Of a DNA stretch of 51,961 bases, positions 38,829 through 48,628 are shown piece after piece. Both the position numbers and the translations under genes were made by a program. Below the pieces are notes generated by a model. That model was given only the letters and a program-made list of their open reading frames with translations, did no database searches and was not told where the DNA came from. Position 1 is the stretch's first letter; every line of letters starts with the position of its first letter. This DNA comes from Desulfurococcales archaeon ex4484_217_1 (GTDB lineage: Archaea > Thermoproteota > Thermoprotei_A > EX4484-217-1): positions 1 through 51,961 of the forward strand of contig NJED01000013.1 in the NCBI GenBank assembly GCA_002254745.1. The letters are read 5' to 3'.

Positions 38829-40816
38829 TGAAGAAGTCTATGAGCATAGTTGACATTTATGCCTGGGTGAAAGCCTCAGGCTCTTTAATTGAAAAATGCT
38901 ACATAAACAACATTTATCACCCATATGAAAACGTTTTACTTCTCAAACTTTACTGTAAGCATTTAAGCTATAATCCTATGTTACTAATGGAGGCAGGTAA
39001 GAGAATTCATTTAACAAAGTATAGTATCCCTAAAGAACATAAAATATCTCCTCTATGCTTTGCTCTAAGGAAGTTACTGAGAAGATCTATTATAGAAAAA
39101 CTCGAGATCCTAGATTGGGAAAGAGTAGTTAAAATAACCGTAACATCATCTAAACAAAAATATTTCATATATGTAGAACTACTACCACGTGGAGTAATAG
39201 TTTTAACAGATGAAAATAACAAAATACTACACACTACTAGAACATTAGAACTTAAAGACAGGGTTATTAGAAGAGGTAGGGAGTACAAGCTACCACCGAC
39301 CTTAGGAATAAATGTTTTAGAAGCTTCTCCTGAAGAAGTAAAGAATGCTACTTCTAAATACGAGAAGATCATACAAGGACTGGTTAGAGGTTTAGGATTA
39401 CCCGGTGAAGTAGCTGAGGAAACATGTTTTAGAGCAGGGATAGATAAAAACACTTCCCCCAAGCAACTCCCTTTGGAGTTCTTTAGTAAAATAATAAATA
39501 CAGTAAAAGACATTATTCAAGAAAGCGAGAATAACATAGGCTACGTGGTTCTAGAAGAAGAGAAAGCAGTTACAGTGCTTCCTTTCGAACCAAAACATCT
39601 ACTTGTGAAAGGTTTCACCTTAAAAACATTCGATAATTTCAACGAAGCCCTAGACTTCTTCTTCTCGGAGAAGCTAAGAGAAGAGAAAGCCATAGAAGCT
39701 ATTAGGTTAAAGGAAAAAGAGTTAAGGAAAATAGAGCATGCTCTTGAAGAAGCAAAAAAGCTAAGAGAAGAATATCGTAGCAAAGCCATGGAGTTAAGGC
39801 AAGCTAGTGAATTAATTCTTAGAAACAGAGAGCTACTAAATAGGGTAATAGAGTGTTTTAGAAGCAGGGAAATTAGGAGGAAGGGCGAAGGAGCTGTTAA
39901 AATATGTTCTGAAAAAATAAAGCAAATAGGTATTAAGATCCTAAGTTTTAATAGGAAAAATGGCACCATAATATTGCAAATTAATGGTAAGAAAGTATTT
40001 GTGGATCTCAGAAAGAATGCTTATGAAAATGCTTCTTCAAAATTTGAGAAAGCAAGGGAGCTGGAGAGGAAAATAAGTAGAATTAATGAGAAAATTGAGG
40101 AACTTCACAGGAAAATTGAGGAGTTAAAATATGAAACAAAACTCCTCGAAGCCGAGGAAAAAGCTAAAATAAGGAGGAAAGAATGGTATGAGAAGTACCA
40201 TTGGGTAGTAGAGGAAAACTACTTAATCATAGGAGGACGTAATGCTGATCAAAATGAGAGCATAGTTAAGAAATACATGAAGCCCGATGACATATTTATG
40301 CATGCTGAAATACATGGAGCACCTGTAGTAGTAATTAAAGCTAAAGGTACGGTTTCCGAGAAAGCATTAAGAGAAGCAGCCATAATTGCAGCGGCCTATT
40401 CTAAAGCTTGGAAAGAAGGTTTAGGAGCAATTGACGTTTATTGGGTTTGGGGCAGGCAGGTTTCTAAGAAACCACCTTCTGGAGAGTATCTTCCTAAAGG
40501 AGCATTCATGGTTTACGGTAAACGTAACTATATTAGAAATACTCCTCTTACGCTAGCTTTAGGGTTAGAAAAGGTAAATAGTTGGTTGAGAATTATAGTG
40601 GGGTCTGAAGAGCATGTTAAAAATAAAAGCATAGCCTACGTTACTTTAGCTCCGGGCCATATAAGCCCACATAGCCTAGCTAAGATTATAAAGGAGGAGT
40701 TCGTTAAGAGAGTTCCTGAGAAACTGAAACCTCTTATTAAATCTATATCTGTAGAAGAGTTAGCTTTAAGGATACCGGGTCCTTCCGTTATAGGAAAAAT
40801 AGTTATTAACATATGA
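38828..40816 (+). CDS. NFACT-family protein (Rqc2/NEMF/FbpA homolog, DUF814)
   Basis: NFACT-N start, long central coiled coil, and NFACT-R/DUF814 (YHWVVEENYLIIGGRNADQNESIVKKYMKPDDIFMHAEIHGAPVVVIK). Start overlaps the stop of the upstream gene (TAATG). Confidence 0.85.
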   Translation: MKKSMSIVDIYAWVKASGSLIEKCYINNIYHPYENVLLLKLYCKHLSYNPMLLMEAGKRIHLTKYSIPKEHKISPLCFALRKLLRRSIIEKLEILDWERVVKITVTSSKQKYFIYVELLPRGVIVLTDENNKILHTTRTLELKDRVIRRGREYKLPPTLGINVLEASPEEVKNATSKYEKIIQGLVRGLGLPGEVAEETCFRAGIDKNTSPKQLPLEFFSKIINTVKDIIQESENNIGYVVLEEEKAVTVLPFEPKHLLVKGFTLKTFDNFNEALDFFFSEKLREEKAIEAIRLKEKELRKIEHALEEAKKLREEYRSKAMELRQASELILRNRELLNRVIECFRSREIRRKGEGAVKICSEKIKQIGIKILSFNRKNGTIILQINGKKVFVDLRKNAYENASSKFEKARELERKISRINEKIEELHRKIEELKYETKLLEAEEKAKIRRKEWYEKYHWVVEENYLIIGGRNADQNESIVKKYMKPDDIFMHAEIHGAPVVVIKAKGTVSEKALREAAIIAAAYSKAWKEGLGAIDVYWVWGRQVSKKPPSGEYLPKGAFMVYGKRNYIRNTPLTLALGLEKVNSWLRIIVGSEEHVKNKSIAYVTLAPGHISPHSLAKIIKEEFVKRVPEKLKPLIKSISVEELALRIPGPSVIGKIVINI

Positions 40817-40848
40817 GAGTAGATACGTGAATAGCTGAAAATTTTCTG

Positions 40849-41280
40849 GTGCAATCTATGAGCGAAGAAATTACAATAAAGGAAATAATGAGTAGCCCAC
40901 CTATAACCGTAAGCCTTGAAGAATCCGTTATAAGAGCAGCTAAAATAATGGCTGAAAACAAAATAGGCTGTGTAATAGTAGTTAATAATGATGGTAAACC
41001 CGTAGGGATAGTTACTAGGCGTGATTTAGTAGAGAAAGTTTTAGCTAAGGCGAAAGATCCGTTAAGAACTAGGGTTAAGGATATAATGTCTTCGCCGCTA
41101 GTATACGTAGGTCCTAACACACCTATTTTAGAAGCAGCTAAGTTAATGTCTCGGAAAGATATTAGGCATTTACCTGTAATTGACGTTAATGGCCTTATAG
41201 GTGTAGTATCTGATAGAGACATTTTAACAGTTGCACCTGAATATATAGAGTTAATGATTGTGAGGAAAGGAGGAATTTAG
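40849..41280 (+). CDS. CBS-domain pair protein
   Basis: Two CBS repeats (IMSSPPITV..., GIVTRRDL; IMSSPLVYV..., GVVSDRDIL). Confidence 0.85.
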   Translation: MQSMSEEITIKEIMSSPPITVSLEESVIRAAKIMAENKIGCVIVVNNDGKPVGIVTRRDLVEKVLAKAKDPLRTRVKDIMSSPLVYVGPNTPILEAAKLMSRKDIRHLPVIDVNGLIGVVSDRDILTVAPEYIELMIVRKGGI

Positions 41281-41334
41281 TCTTTAGCCTAAGGTCTTAA
41301 CGAGTTTCTTTATCTAACACCGCAAACATATTAT

Positions 41335-42138
41335 ATGTTGAGGATGCGTAGCTTGAATATTATGGAGTATGTTAAAACCAATGTTCCAACTATTTCTCCA
41401 ACAGATTTGGCGACAAAAGCTAGAGCTATTCTCAGAGATTTTAAGTTAAGAACACTCCCCGTAGTTGAGGATGAAAAACTTGTAGGAATCATTACTAGGA
41501 TAAGTATTTTAACCATAACCTCATCTAAATCTAATCTCCTCGTAAGAGATATCATGGAAGAGCCCAAAATCGCGCTTAAGCCCAGTTTTAGCTTGAAAAA
41601 AGCAGTTAAAGAAATGTTAGAAGCCGATGTATGGTACGCGCCTGTGATTTCAGAAGACGGTAAGTTCATAGGAATATTTGGATTAGAAAATGTGATTAAG
41701 AAGTTTTACAATGAAGATATTCCAGTAAACAATGTGCCAATAAAGGAGTTCATGACCACAGATGTTATAACTGTAAGTAGTGACGATGAGGTTTCAGTAA
41801 TTCTTCATAAAATGCTCAAGTACAGGTTTTCGGGATTACCCGTAGTGGATGATAGAAGGAGAGTTGTAGGAATAGTAACAGAATACGATATTCTCAAATT
41901 CGGTATGTCAAGAATACTCCTAGAATCTGAAAGGTCAAAAGGATATAGGAGGGTAAGAGCGCGGGAAATAATGAGCACAGCAGTGTACAAGGTAACACCT
42001 AATACTCCACTTAGAGATGTGGCTAAGATTATGGTCGAAAAAGATATAGGAAGAGTTGTTGTGGTTAATGAGAAGAACGAACTTATAGGCATAGTCGATA
42101 GAGAGGATGTAGTAAGAGCATACATGAAGTACATGTAG
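41335..42138 (+). CDS. CBS-domain protein (four CBS repeats)
   Basis: Four repeats ending GIITRISIL / GIFGLENVI / GIVTEYDIL / GIVDREDVV. Confidence 0.85.
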   Translation: MLRMRSLNIMEYVKTNVPTISPTDLATKARAILRDFKLRTLPVVEDEKLVGIITRISILTITSSKSNLLVRDIMEEPKIALKPSFSLKKAVKEMLEADVWYAPVISEDGKFIGIFGLENVIKKFYNEDIPVNNVPIKEFMTTDVITVSSDDEVSVILHKMLKYRFSGLPVVDDRRRVVGIVTEYDILKFGMSRILLESERSKGYRRVRAREIMSTAVYKVTPNTPLRDVAKIMVEKDIGRVVVVNEKNELIGIVDREDVVRAYMKYM

Positions 42139-42157
42139 TTAAGAGGTTTAGAAAACT

Positions 42158-43102
42158 ATGAGACATACGTTCGTACCTCCTAAACGTATTAGACCTGAAG
42201 GTTTAAGATATATAAGAAGCGATGGCAAGCCTAACTTCTCTTCTAGGGTTTATGAAAAACCCAGCGAGTTATCGATAATAGCTAAAAGACCTGTAGTAAC
42301 AATCACCCACATTAAACCTGTAGGTGAAGCCATTAAGGTAATGACTGTTAAAGGCTATAGGAGATTACCTGTAACAACAGCTACAGGAGTTCTTAAGGGA
42401 ATGCTAGCAGCAACAGATATTGTTAACTACTTTGGTGGTGGAGAATACTATAACATAGTGTTAAACAGGCACAACGGTAACATATATAGAGCATTAACAG
42501 AGCCCATAAAGTCAATTATGAGTAAAAACCCCATATATGCTACTACAATTGATGACTTAACATATGTTATAGAGTTAATGGTAAAATACGGTGTAGGTGC
42601 TGTACCCGTAGTTGATGAAGAAACAATGAAGGTATATGGTATTGTAACAGAAAGAGATATTGTAAATCATTTACGAGAGAAAACTTTGGGTATCAAAGTT
42701 TCGGAGTTCATGACGAAAAACGTTATTACGATTCCTCAAGACTCCTCAATAAAGGAGGCAGCTAAAACAATAGTTAAGATGGGTTTTAGAAGATTACCTA
42801 TAGTGGACGATAAAGGCTATGTTAAAGGAATGATAACAGCTAGAAGCATAGTAAGATTTTTAGGGTCAAGCAAGGTTTTCGAATACGTTATCTCAGGAAG
42901 TGTTGAAGAAGCTTTAAGTGCTCCAGTAACGGCTGCAATTATAAGTAAAATCGTAACTGTAAATCCAGATGTAGATATAGGTGAAGCGGTAAATGAAATG
43001 ATAAAACATAAGGTAGGCTCCGTGCTTGCTGTAGAAGGTAATAGGCTTGTAGGAATACTTACTGAGAGAGACGTTATGTATGCTCTAGCTTTAAAAAGAT
43101 AA
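42158..43102 (+). CDS. CBS-domain protein (four CBS repeats)
   Basis: Repeats ending GMLAATDIV / GIVTERDIV / GMITARSIV / GILTERDVM. Confidence 0.85.
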   Translation: MRHTFVPPKRIRPEGLRYIRSDGKPNFSSRVYEKPSELSIIAKRPVVTITHIKPVGEAIKVMTVKGYRRLPVTTATGVLKGMLAATDIVNYFGGGEYYNIVLNRHNGNIYRALTEPIKSIMSKNPIYATTIDDLTYVIELMVKYGVGAVPVVDEETMKVYGIVTERDIVNHLREKTLGIKVSEFMTKNVITIPQDSSIKEAAKTIVKMGFRRLPIVDDKGYVKGMITARSIVRFLGSSKVFEYVISGSVEEALSAPVTAAIISKIVTVNPDVDIGEAVNEMIKHKVGSVLAVEGNRLVGILTERDVMYALALKR

Positions 43103-43129
43103 GACTAGATTAACGGTGTATCTCGTACA

Positions 43130-43607
43130 ATGTCGAAAAAGCTAAAGTTCATAGCAGACACAATGCTTGGAAGCTTAGCTAGATGGCTTAGAATGCTAGG
43201 ATACGACACACTATATTCCAGAGACTATAGTGACAAAGAAATATTAGAACTAGCTTCTAAAGATTCCAGAATAATATTAACCAGGGATTTAAGCCTCCAT
43301 AGGAAAGCTCAAAAACGCAAATTAAAATCCATATATTTAGAAAATGAAACTATTCAAGGAAAATTGGCCTTATTAGCTTTAAAACTGAAAATAAACCTTG
43401 AACTAAACCCTGATAATTCAAGATGCCCCATATGCAATGGTATCTTAGTTAGGGCTTCGAAAGAAGAGGTGTTAAATAAGGTGGGTATGTACTTCCTGCG
43501 GTAAAGTGTATTGGAAAGGTAAGCACTGGACAACTATGAATAAAATATTAAGTGAGGTTAGGGAAAGAATAACTTACGAGCGTGGGGAAAGTGGTTTCAC
43601 TAAGTGA
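43130..43607 (+). pseudogene. Mut7-C/DUF82 PIN-like RNase domain protein, frameshifted with a small internal loss
   Basis: FIADTMLGSLARWLRMLGYDT and the first zinc pair CPICNG lie in frame 1, which stops at 43504. WVCTSCGKVYWKGKHWTTM (the second zinc pair and family C-terminus) continues in another frame to the TGA at 43605-43607. Confidence 0.75.
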
Positions 43608-44202
43608 ATTCACGTTGGAAGATGGGAAGTACCTTGTAAGTCTTGCTAGAAGAACTGTTGAAACATATCTTAAAGCTGGAATTAAAATAACTACCCCTAA
43701 GAATTTACCTTCAAAATACTATGAAAAACTAGGCGTATTTGTAACTATAGAGTGCTTAAAACAAGTAGGTATAAAAGCAATTAAAGAGCTACGAGGGTGC
43801 ATAGGGTACCCTTACCCTATTAAGCCATTAATTGAGGCATTAATAGATTCGGCAATATCAGCTGCTGTTGAAGACCCTCGGTTCCCACCGATGAAATACC
43901 ATGAATTAGACGATGTTGTTTTCGAAGTCTCTATTTTGTCTAAACCTGAAGAAATTAAGGTTAGTAGTAGAAAGGAACTACCTAAACACATTGTTATCGG
44001 TAGAGACGGATTAATTGTAGAATATGGGTGGTTTAAAGGACTCCTACTACCACAAGTTCCTGTTGAATATAAGTGGGATACTGAAACATTTCTTGCAGAA
44101 ACATGTATGAAAGCAGGTTTACCCCCTGATTCCTGGCTAATAAGTGATGTTAAAGTTTATAGGTTTGAAGCAGTAATATTTTGCGAAAAAACACCTAATT
44201 AG
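43582..44202 (+). CDS. AMMECR1-domain protein
   Basis: LRGCIGYPYP and AAVEDPRFPP signature motifs; about 200 aa; GTG start. Confidence 0.9.
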   Translation: MGKVVSLSEFTLEDGKYLVSLARRTVETYLKAGIKITTPKNLPSKYYEKLGVFVTIECLKQVGIKAIKELRGCIGYPYPIKPLIEALIDSAISAAVEDPRFPPMKYHELDDVVFEVSILSKPEEIKVSSRKELPKHIVIGRDGLIVEYGWFKGLLLPQVPVEYKWDTETFLAETCMKAGLPPDSWLISDVKVYRFEAVIFCEKTPN

Positions 44203-44285
44203 TTGTCATCGATAGTTCAAAGGAAATTCCATGCAAAGAGAATATATTTACTCTTTCCTATGGTAAGAGAAAAATATATGCTTAC

Positions 44286-44774
44286 GTGGAATTAGAGAAA
44301 CCCCCGCTACTCAAGACAGCAATGAAGTTTATGGAAAATATTCTTTTAGGAAAGAAGAATATAAGCAATAAGGACCCATTCATACAGCTATTTAGCATTG
44401 AGGGGGCACTAGTAGTTAACCCCCCTGGTATCGCCGTAAATAAGTGCAATAATAACGAGGTAGTTCTCATAGCTGTTTTTAAAGAAGCTATAAATAACGT
44501 ACCTTTGTCAAAAATGGAAAAGGAAATTTCGTTGAGCTTCACTGAACTTTCACAATACTATTCACGTGAACATTGTAAAGTAAGGTTTTTTAGTGAAATA
44601 TCGAAAAAATATGCCCAAGCTTCCTCATGCATCAATGAAAATATGTTCTTCCTCGTTAAACGTAACATCATGGAAAAGGCTATTAAAAAACTAATACTTA
44701 AAGGCGTAGACCCCGATGAAATATACGTCCTAGGATTGTTCAGCAAATGCTGCATAGTTTCTCACCGAACATAG
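44286..44774 (+). CDS. Hypothetical protein
   Basis: 162-aa ORF with a GTG start. No family recognised, and coding status is uncertain. Confidence 0.35.
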   Translation: MELEKPPLLKTAMKFMENILLGKKNISNKDPFIQLFSIEGALVVNPPGIAVNKCNNNEVVLIAVFKEAINNVPLSKMEKEISLSFTELSQYYSREHCKVRFFSEISKKYAQASSCINENMFFLVKRNIMEKAIKKLILKGVDPDEIYVLGLFSKCCIVSHRT

Positions 44775-44947
44775 ATTCCTAACATATTAATACACCTAGT
44801 TCAGGCAACATGGCTCCTGTTCTATGCTCAGACTTAAGTCTACTAATTATACGGTCCCTAGCATGGTCAAGATTGATTAAAGAATAATCAGAGCATTTAA
44901 TGTACCTAGGAACTTGAAAAATGAAAAATAATCACTACCAATTATGG

Positions 44948-45667
44948 CTAAGTAAGATCTCCGCAAACGCAGAATGCTTCGTGGACTAGGTAGTGTAGTT
45001 CCTCTATTCCTTCACCTGTTTTTGCTGAAACTATTACTGGCCTTAATGACTGGCTAAACTCCCTAACTATGTCTGTAACTCTTCATAACTAACTCTTTAA
45101 ACGCATCAGTGTCTTCTACTATGAGCTTTACTGTTTCACGGTCTTTAATAAGATCTGCCTTATTGACTATCGGAACAACAGTTATATCAACAACAGTTAT
45201 ATCTAGTCTTAGCTGGATGAGTATTGATGTTGTCCATGCAACTACAAGGTCTATAGGTGTTGACATTGTTTCACCATCAACGATGAAAACTCCAACTGTA
45301 GGGCCTAGCTCCTTAAGTTTAGAGATAAAGTAGTGGCCGCTACCTCCATTTGCCCGGGAGTATCTATTATCACGAAATCATATCTTCTCTTGAAGACTTC
45401 ATGGCTAAGTGTTTTGTCTGAGTATTCTAGAATCATATCGCTTGCTTTCATGAATGCTCCATTAGGTCCTAAACCATACTTCGCCATTAGCTCTTCAACT
45501 GTGAAAAGTTTTCTAACATCGAAGTCGGGTTTGTAGGGTATTACTTTAGCTCCGGGATCAAGATTTACAATACCTACATTGTAACCTTGCTTCTTCAACC
45601 ATTCACTATAGTATTTAGTTAAGCTTGTTTTCCCTGAACCCGCGGTTCCTAACATTACTACGAACAA
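44948..45667 (-). pseudogene. GPN-loop GTPase (Npa3/XAB1 family), broken into at least three frames and carrying a 15-bp tandem duplication
   Basis: Fragment 1 (45667-45305) has GTAGSGKTS, GLGPNGA and IIDTPGQME. Fragment 2 is in another frame (...SGHYFISKLKELGPTVGVFIVDGETMSTPIDLV...PIVNKADL, to 45063). Fragment 3 is in a third frame (DIVREFSQSLRPVIVSAKTGEGIEELHYLVHEAFCVCGDLT, stop at 44948-44950). AACAACAGTTATATC is duplicated at 45174-45203. Confidence 0.85.
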
Positions 45668-45750
45668 TAGTCTTTCACCTATGGTAGAAACTACCTAGTA
45701 AACAACATACATATTGTTTATGCTAAATTAGGTTATTAGCCTAGTTTATG

Positions 45751-47565
45751 TTAAGGCATTTTTGCTTCTTCTACTCTCCTAAGCTGCTTCTTATACATTT
45801 CAGCTATTTCATGGACTGTAGTAGCATCTTCTGGTCCTTTATCAGGTCTCCACCTTATGAATCTTGGGAATCTAATGGCTAACCCTGCTCCTGGCTTCAT
45901 CTTACCCCAGTAGCATGTATGTATTGGTGATAACGTTATTTCGGCACCTATTATTTCAGCAACTATCTGCGGAACAAACCATACGTCAGCTTCCATTTTG
46001 GAATCTACACGAGGATGCTTATGGTCTATTATTAAGTCCTTGAACATTTCGGGAAGCTTCTCTAAATCCTCATCTGTGAAACCACTACCTACTTTACATA
46101 CTGTTCTAAACACGTCTGCTTCAGGATCGTATGCTGCCATAAGTAATGCACCATAAGTTCCAGCTCTTCTACCTCTACCGTAGAATGCTCCAACAGCTAC
46201 AAGATCTACTGTGTCCATCATTTCGCTCTTATAATCTCTCTTATACTTAATCCACAACCAACCTCTTGCCCCCGCCTGATATATTGCGTTCTGATGTAGT
46301 GCTTTAGCTACTATACCCTCACAACCGCTCTCTATGGCTTTCAGGAAGAACTCCTCTATTTCATCAGGGTTATCCGTGATTATTGCTTCAGCAAGTCTGA
46401 ACCTGTCAGTTTCATCAATAATACTCTTAAGTTTCTCTCTTCTCTCAATAATTGGCTTTTGAGTGTAATCCACGCCATCAGCGTACAGTAAATCAAATAG
46501 GAATACTGAAACAGGATACTCCTTCATAGCGGTATGAATATCGTGTTTTCTCCTTCTCCTCATAAGTTCCTGGAATGGCCTTAGTTCACCAGTGTCTGGG
46601 TCTATGCACACTATTTCTCCTTCAACAATAGCTTCGTTTGCTTTAATGTAATTCCTAGCATAGTCTTGAACATCAGGATACTGGTGGGTTATGTTTTCTA
46701 GTCTTCTAGAGAAAATCCATATTTTATCTCCCTTCTTATGTATTTGAGCTCTCTCACCATCATACTTAAATTCCGCAAGAACCTTACCCCCAGTTTTCAT
46801 AAGTATTTCCCTTGGAGAACTAAGTCTTTCAGCAAGCATCGGTCTAATAGGTCTACCAACAGTAACGGCCATTGTCTTTAAAGCTTCAATACCTTTCTCA
46901 GCTAGAAGCCTTGCAACATAACCTAAATCACTACATAGGTTATACGCTCTCTCAATAACCGGTCTAGCCAGCTTTGTTTTACCGTAAACTATTGCTAAAG
47001 CATCCATCATAGTTGCTTCAGCAACACCTAATCTCAACCTACCCTCAACAATTCTAACCAGGTACTTTGCCTCCTTAGCTGTAGCATCTTGAAGTAGTCC
47101 TCCAAGAAGCTTCACTTTTAAATCTATTGACCCCGGACCCGTCGTCTTAGCTATCTTATCTAGTGTTGTATACACTCTAGTTACCGTTAAAGGCTTAACA
47201 ACCTGTATGCCGAAGAACGCTGTTAAAGCTGCCTGCCTCTTCTTAGACTTTAATATTTCAGCAGCTTTACCTAAATCTCCAAGCCTCTTAAACTCCTTCT
47301 CAACAACACCATCTGAGAAACCAGTAGCCATAGATATTGCTCTAATTATAAGTCTCTCGCCAATACCTAGCTCAGGCATTCCCATCCAGTCTGGGTAGAG
47401 TTTACCCTGCATTAAGTAAACAACTTTATCAATAACTTCAGCAGGTGTTTTTCTAAACAACTGAACAAGTAGAGCAGTCATTTCAGTACGTTTCGTCGTT
47501 AATTCAAGCTTCTCAAATATGTCGGTTAGTGCTTTAAACTCTAAATCCCCTTTAACCGCAGACAC
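45751..47565 (-). CDS. lig: ATP-dependent DNA ligase (Lig1 type)
   Basis: Adenylation motif I KYDGERAQIH, EGIVAK, WLKYKRDY-type motif (WIKYKRDY) and an OB-fold C-terminus; 604 aa. Confidence 0.97.
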   Translation of the reverse strand: MSAVKGDLEFKALTDIFEKLELTTKRTEMTALLVQLFRKTPAEVIDKVVYLMQGKLYPDWMGMPELGIGERLIIRAISMATGFSDGVVEKEFKRLGDLGKAAEILKSKKRQAALTAFFGIQVVKPLTVTRVYTTLDKIAKTTGPGSIDLKVKLLGGLLQDATAKEAKYLVRIVEGRLRLGVAEATMMDALAIVYGKTKLARPVIERAYNLCSDLGYVARLLAEKGIEALKTMAVTVGRPIRPMLAERLSSPREILMKTGGKVLAEFKYDGERAQIHKKGDKIWIFSRRLENITHQYPDVQDYARNYIKANEAIVEGEIVCIDPDTGELRPFQELMRRRRKHDIHTAMKEYPVSVFLFDLLYADGVDYTQKPIIERREKLKSIIDETDRFRLAEAIITDNPDEIEEFFLKAIESGCEGIVAKALHQNAIYQAGARGWLWIKYKRDYKSEMMDTVDLVAVGAFYGRGRRAGTYGALLMAAYDPEADVFRTVCKVGSGFTDEDLEKLPEMFKDLIIDHKHPRVDSKMEADVWFVPQIVAEIIGAEITLSPIHTCYWGKMKPGAGLAIRFPRFIRWRPDKGPEDATTVHEIAEMYKKQLRRVEEAKMP

Positions 47566-47630
47566 AATTATTCCCCTAAATATATGTTAGGTGGAGAATA
47601 AACTTAAACGCTTAGGGTACAATAGTTTAG

Positions 47631-47693
47631 AACCCTGTGATGATTACCCGGCAAGTCTGAGTTAATGATTGATCACGAGTTACGCTGAGGGTT
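47631..47693 (+). ncRNA. C/D box sRNA candidate (best of the four)
   Basis: AACCCU-GUGAUGA-UUACCCGGCAAGU(13)-CUGA-GUUAA-UGAUUGA-UCACGAGUUACG(12)-CUGA-GGGUU. The 5'/3' ends form a perfect 6-bp terminal stem (AACCCU/AGGGUU). Intergenic between divergent genes. Confidence 0.75.
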
Positions 47694-47719
47694 TCTTAAC
47701 CTTTTAGAGGTGTGGTTTA

Positions 47720-48628
47720 TTGGAGAAAATAATCGTCTTTTCAATACTCTACTGCATAACATATCTCGAAAACATGAAACTGAGAAGCAAAAATGAGGTC
47801 CTCATGGAGGAAAATAGGGAATTAAGAATAGTTAAGGAGGAGTATGAGAAGGTTCTCCAAAACTACACTAAATTAGCTGAAAAATATAGCGAAACTGTAG
47901 AAGTAATTAAGAAGTATGAACATGAAATATCAGTAATTAAGACCCTATCAACAGTAGCCTTCCGCGACAAGCTCATGGAGTTAGCTAGTAAAATAAATGA
48001 GAGAGTTCATGGGGGAAAGAACTTTATTAGACCTAATGAAGTAGAAGACGTTGTTAAAAATATTATTGGACATAAGTTCAACGAGAAAACCCTAGGGAAA
48101 GACCTTTACCAAGCGTTCTCATATGTAGTAAGAACCATTAAATACTCTAAGGACTCAATATACCCTGTTATTAAGGAGGTAAATGTTAGCGTAGAAGACG
48201 CTACCTACAACATAACTGTAGAAGTAGATTGGATTACTGAAGTATATCAAACGCCTTTGGAAACCATAGAACGAGGAGAAGGAGACTGCGAAGATATGGC
48301 GTACTTAGCTGCGAGCATTATTCAAAACTATTTAGGAGAAAATAAGGATTACGAAGTATACGTTTTCCAAGTACTATGGAATGGTGGAGGACATGCAGCC
48401 CTAATAGTAAGACATAGGTGCGGAACAATAGCGATAATAGATCCTGCTGGAAAATACTATACGGGAAAAGCTAACACCGTAGAATTCAATGATGCCAGAG
48501 ACGGGCTTCTTAAATGGTTTGAATATTGGGGTATAAATGAGTATAACTTCAGAAAAGCATGGTTCGTAAGCGTTATTGGTGAAGCTTACATAGACAGTAT
48601 TGAAAGCGCTATTAGCTTCTTAGACTAG
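47720..48628 (+). CDS. Transglutaminase-like cysteine protease-fold protein with N-terminal anchor and coiled coil
   Basis: Hydrophobic N-terminus, then a heptad-rich region. Then RGEGDCEDMAYLAASI (Cys), GGGHAALIV (His) and IIDPAG (Asp) in the order of the transglutaminase-core triad. Confidence 0.65.
   Translation: MEKIIVFSILYCITYLENMKLRSKNEVLMEENRELRIVKEEYEKVLQNYTKLAEKYSETVEVIKKYEHEISVIKTLSTVAFRDKLMELASKINERVHGGKNFIRPNEVEDVVKNIIGHKFNEKTLGKDLYQAFSYVVRTIKYSKDSIYPVIKEVNVSVEDATYNITVEVDWITEVYQTPLETIERGEGDCEDMAYLAASIIQNYLGENKDYEVYVFQVLWNGGGHAALIVRHRCGTIAIIDPAGKYYTGKANTVEFNDARDGLLKWFEYWGINEYNFRKAWFVSVIGEAYIDSIESAISFLD

Noticed and set aside
44286-44774. Roadblock/LC7 (MglB-like) GTPase-regulator assignment for the ORF next to the GPN GTPase remnant
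   Set aside because: It rests only on a vague hydrophobic-pattern resemblance. No diagnostic motif is present and the ORF may not even be coding. It is left as hypothetical.
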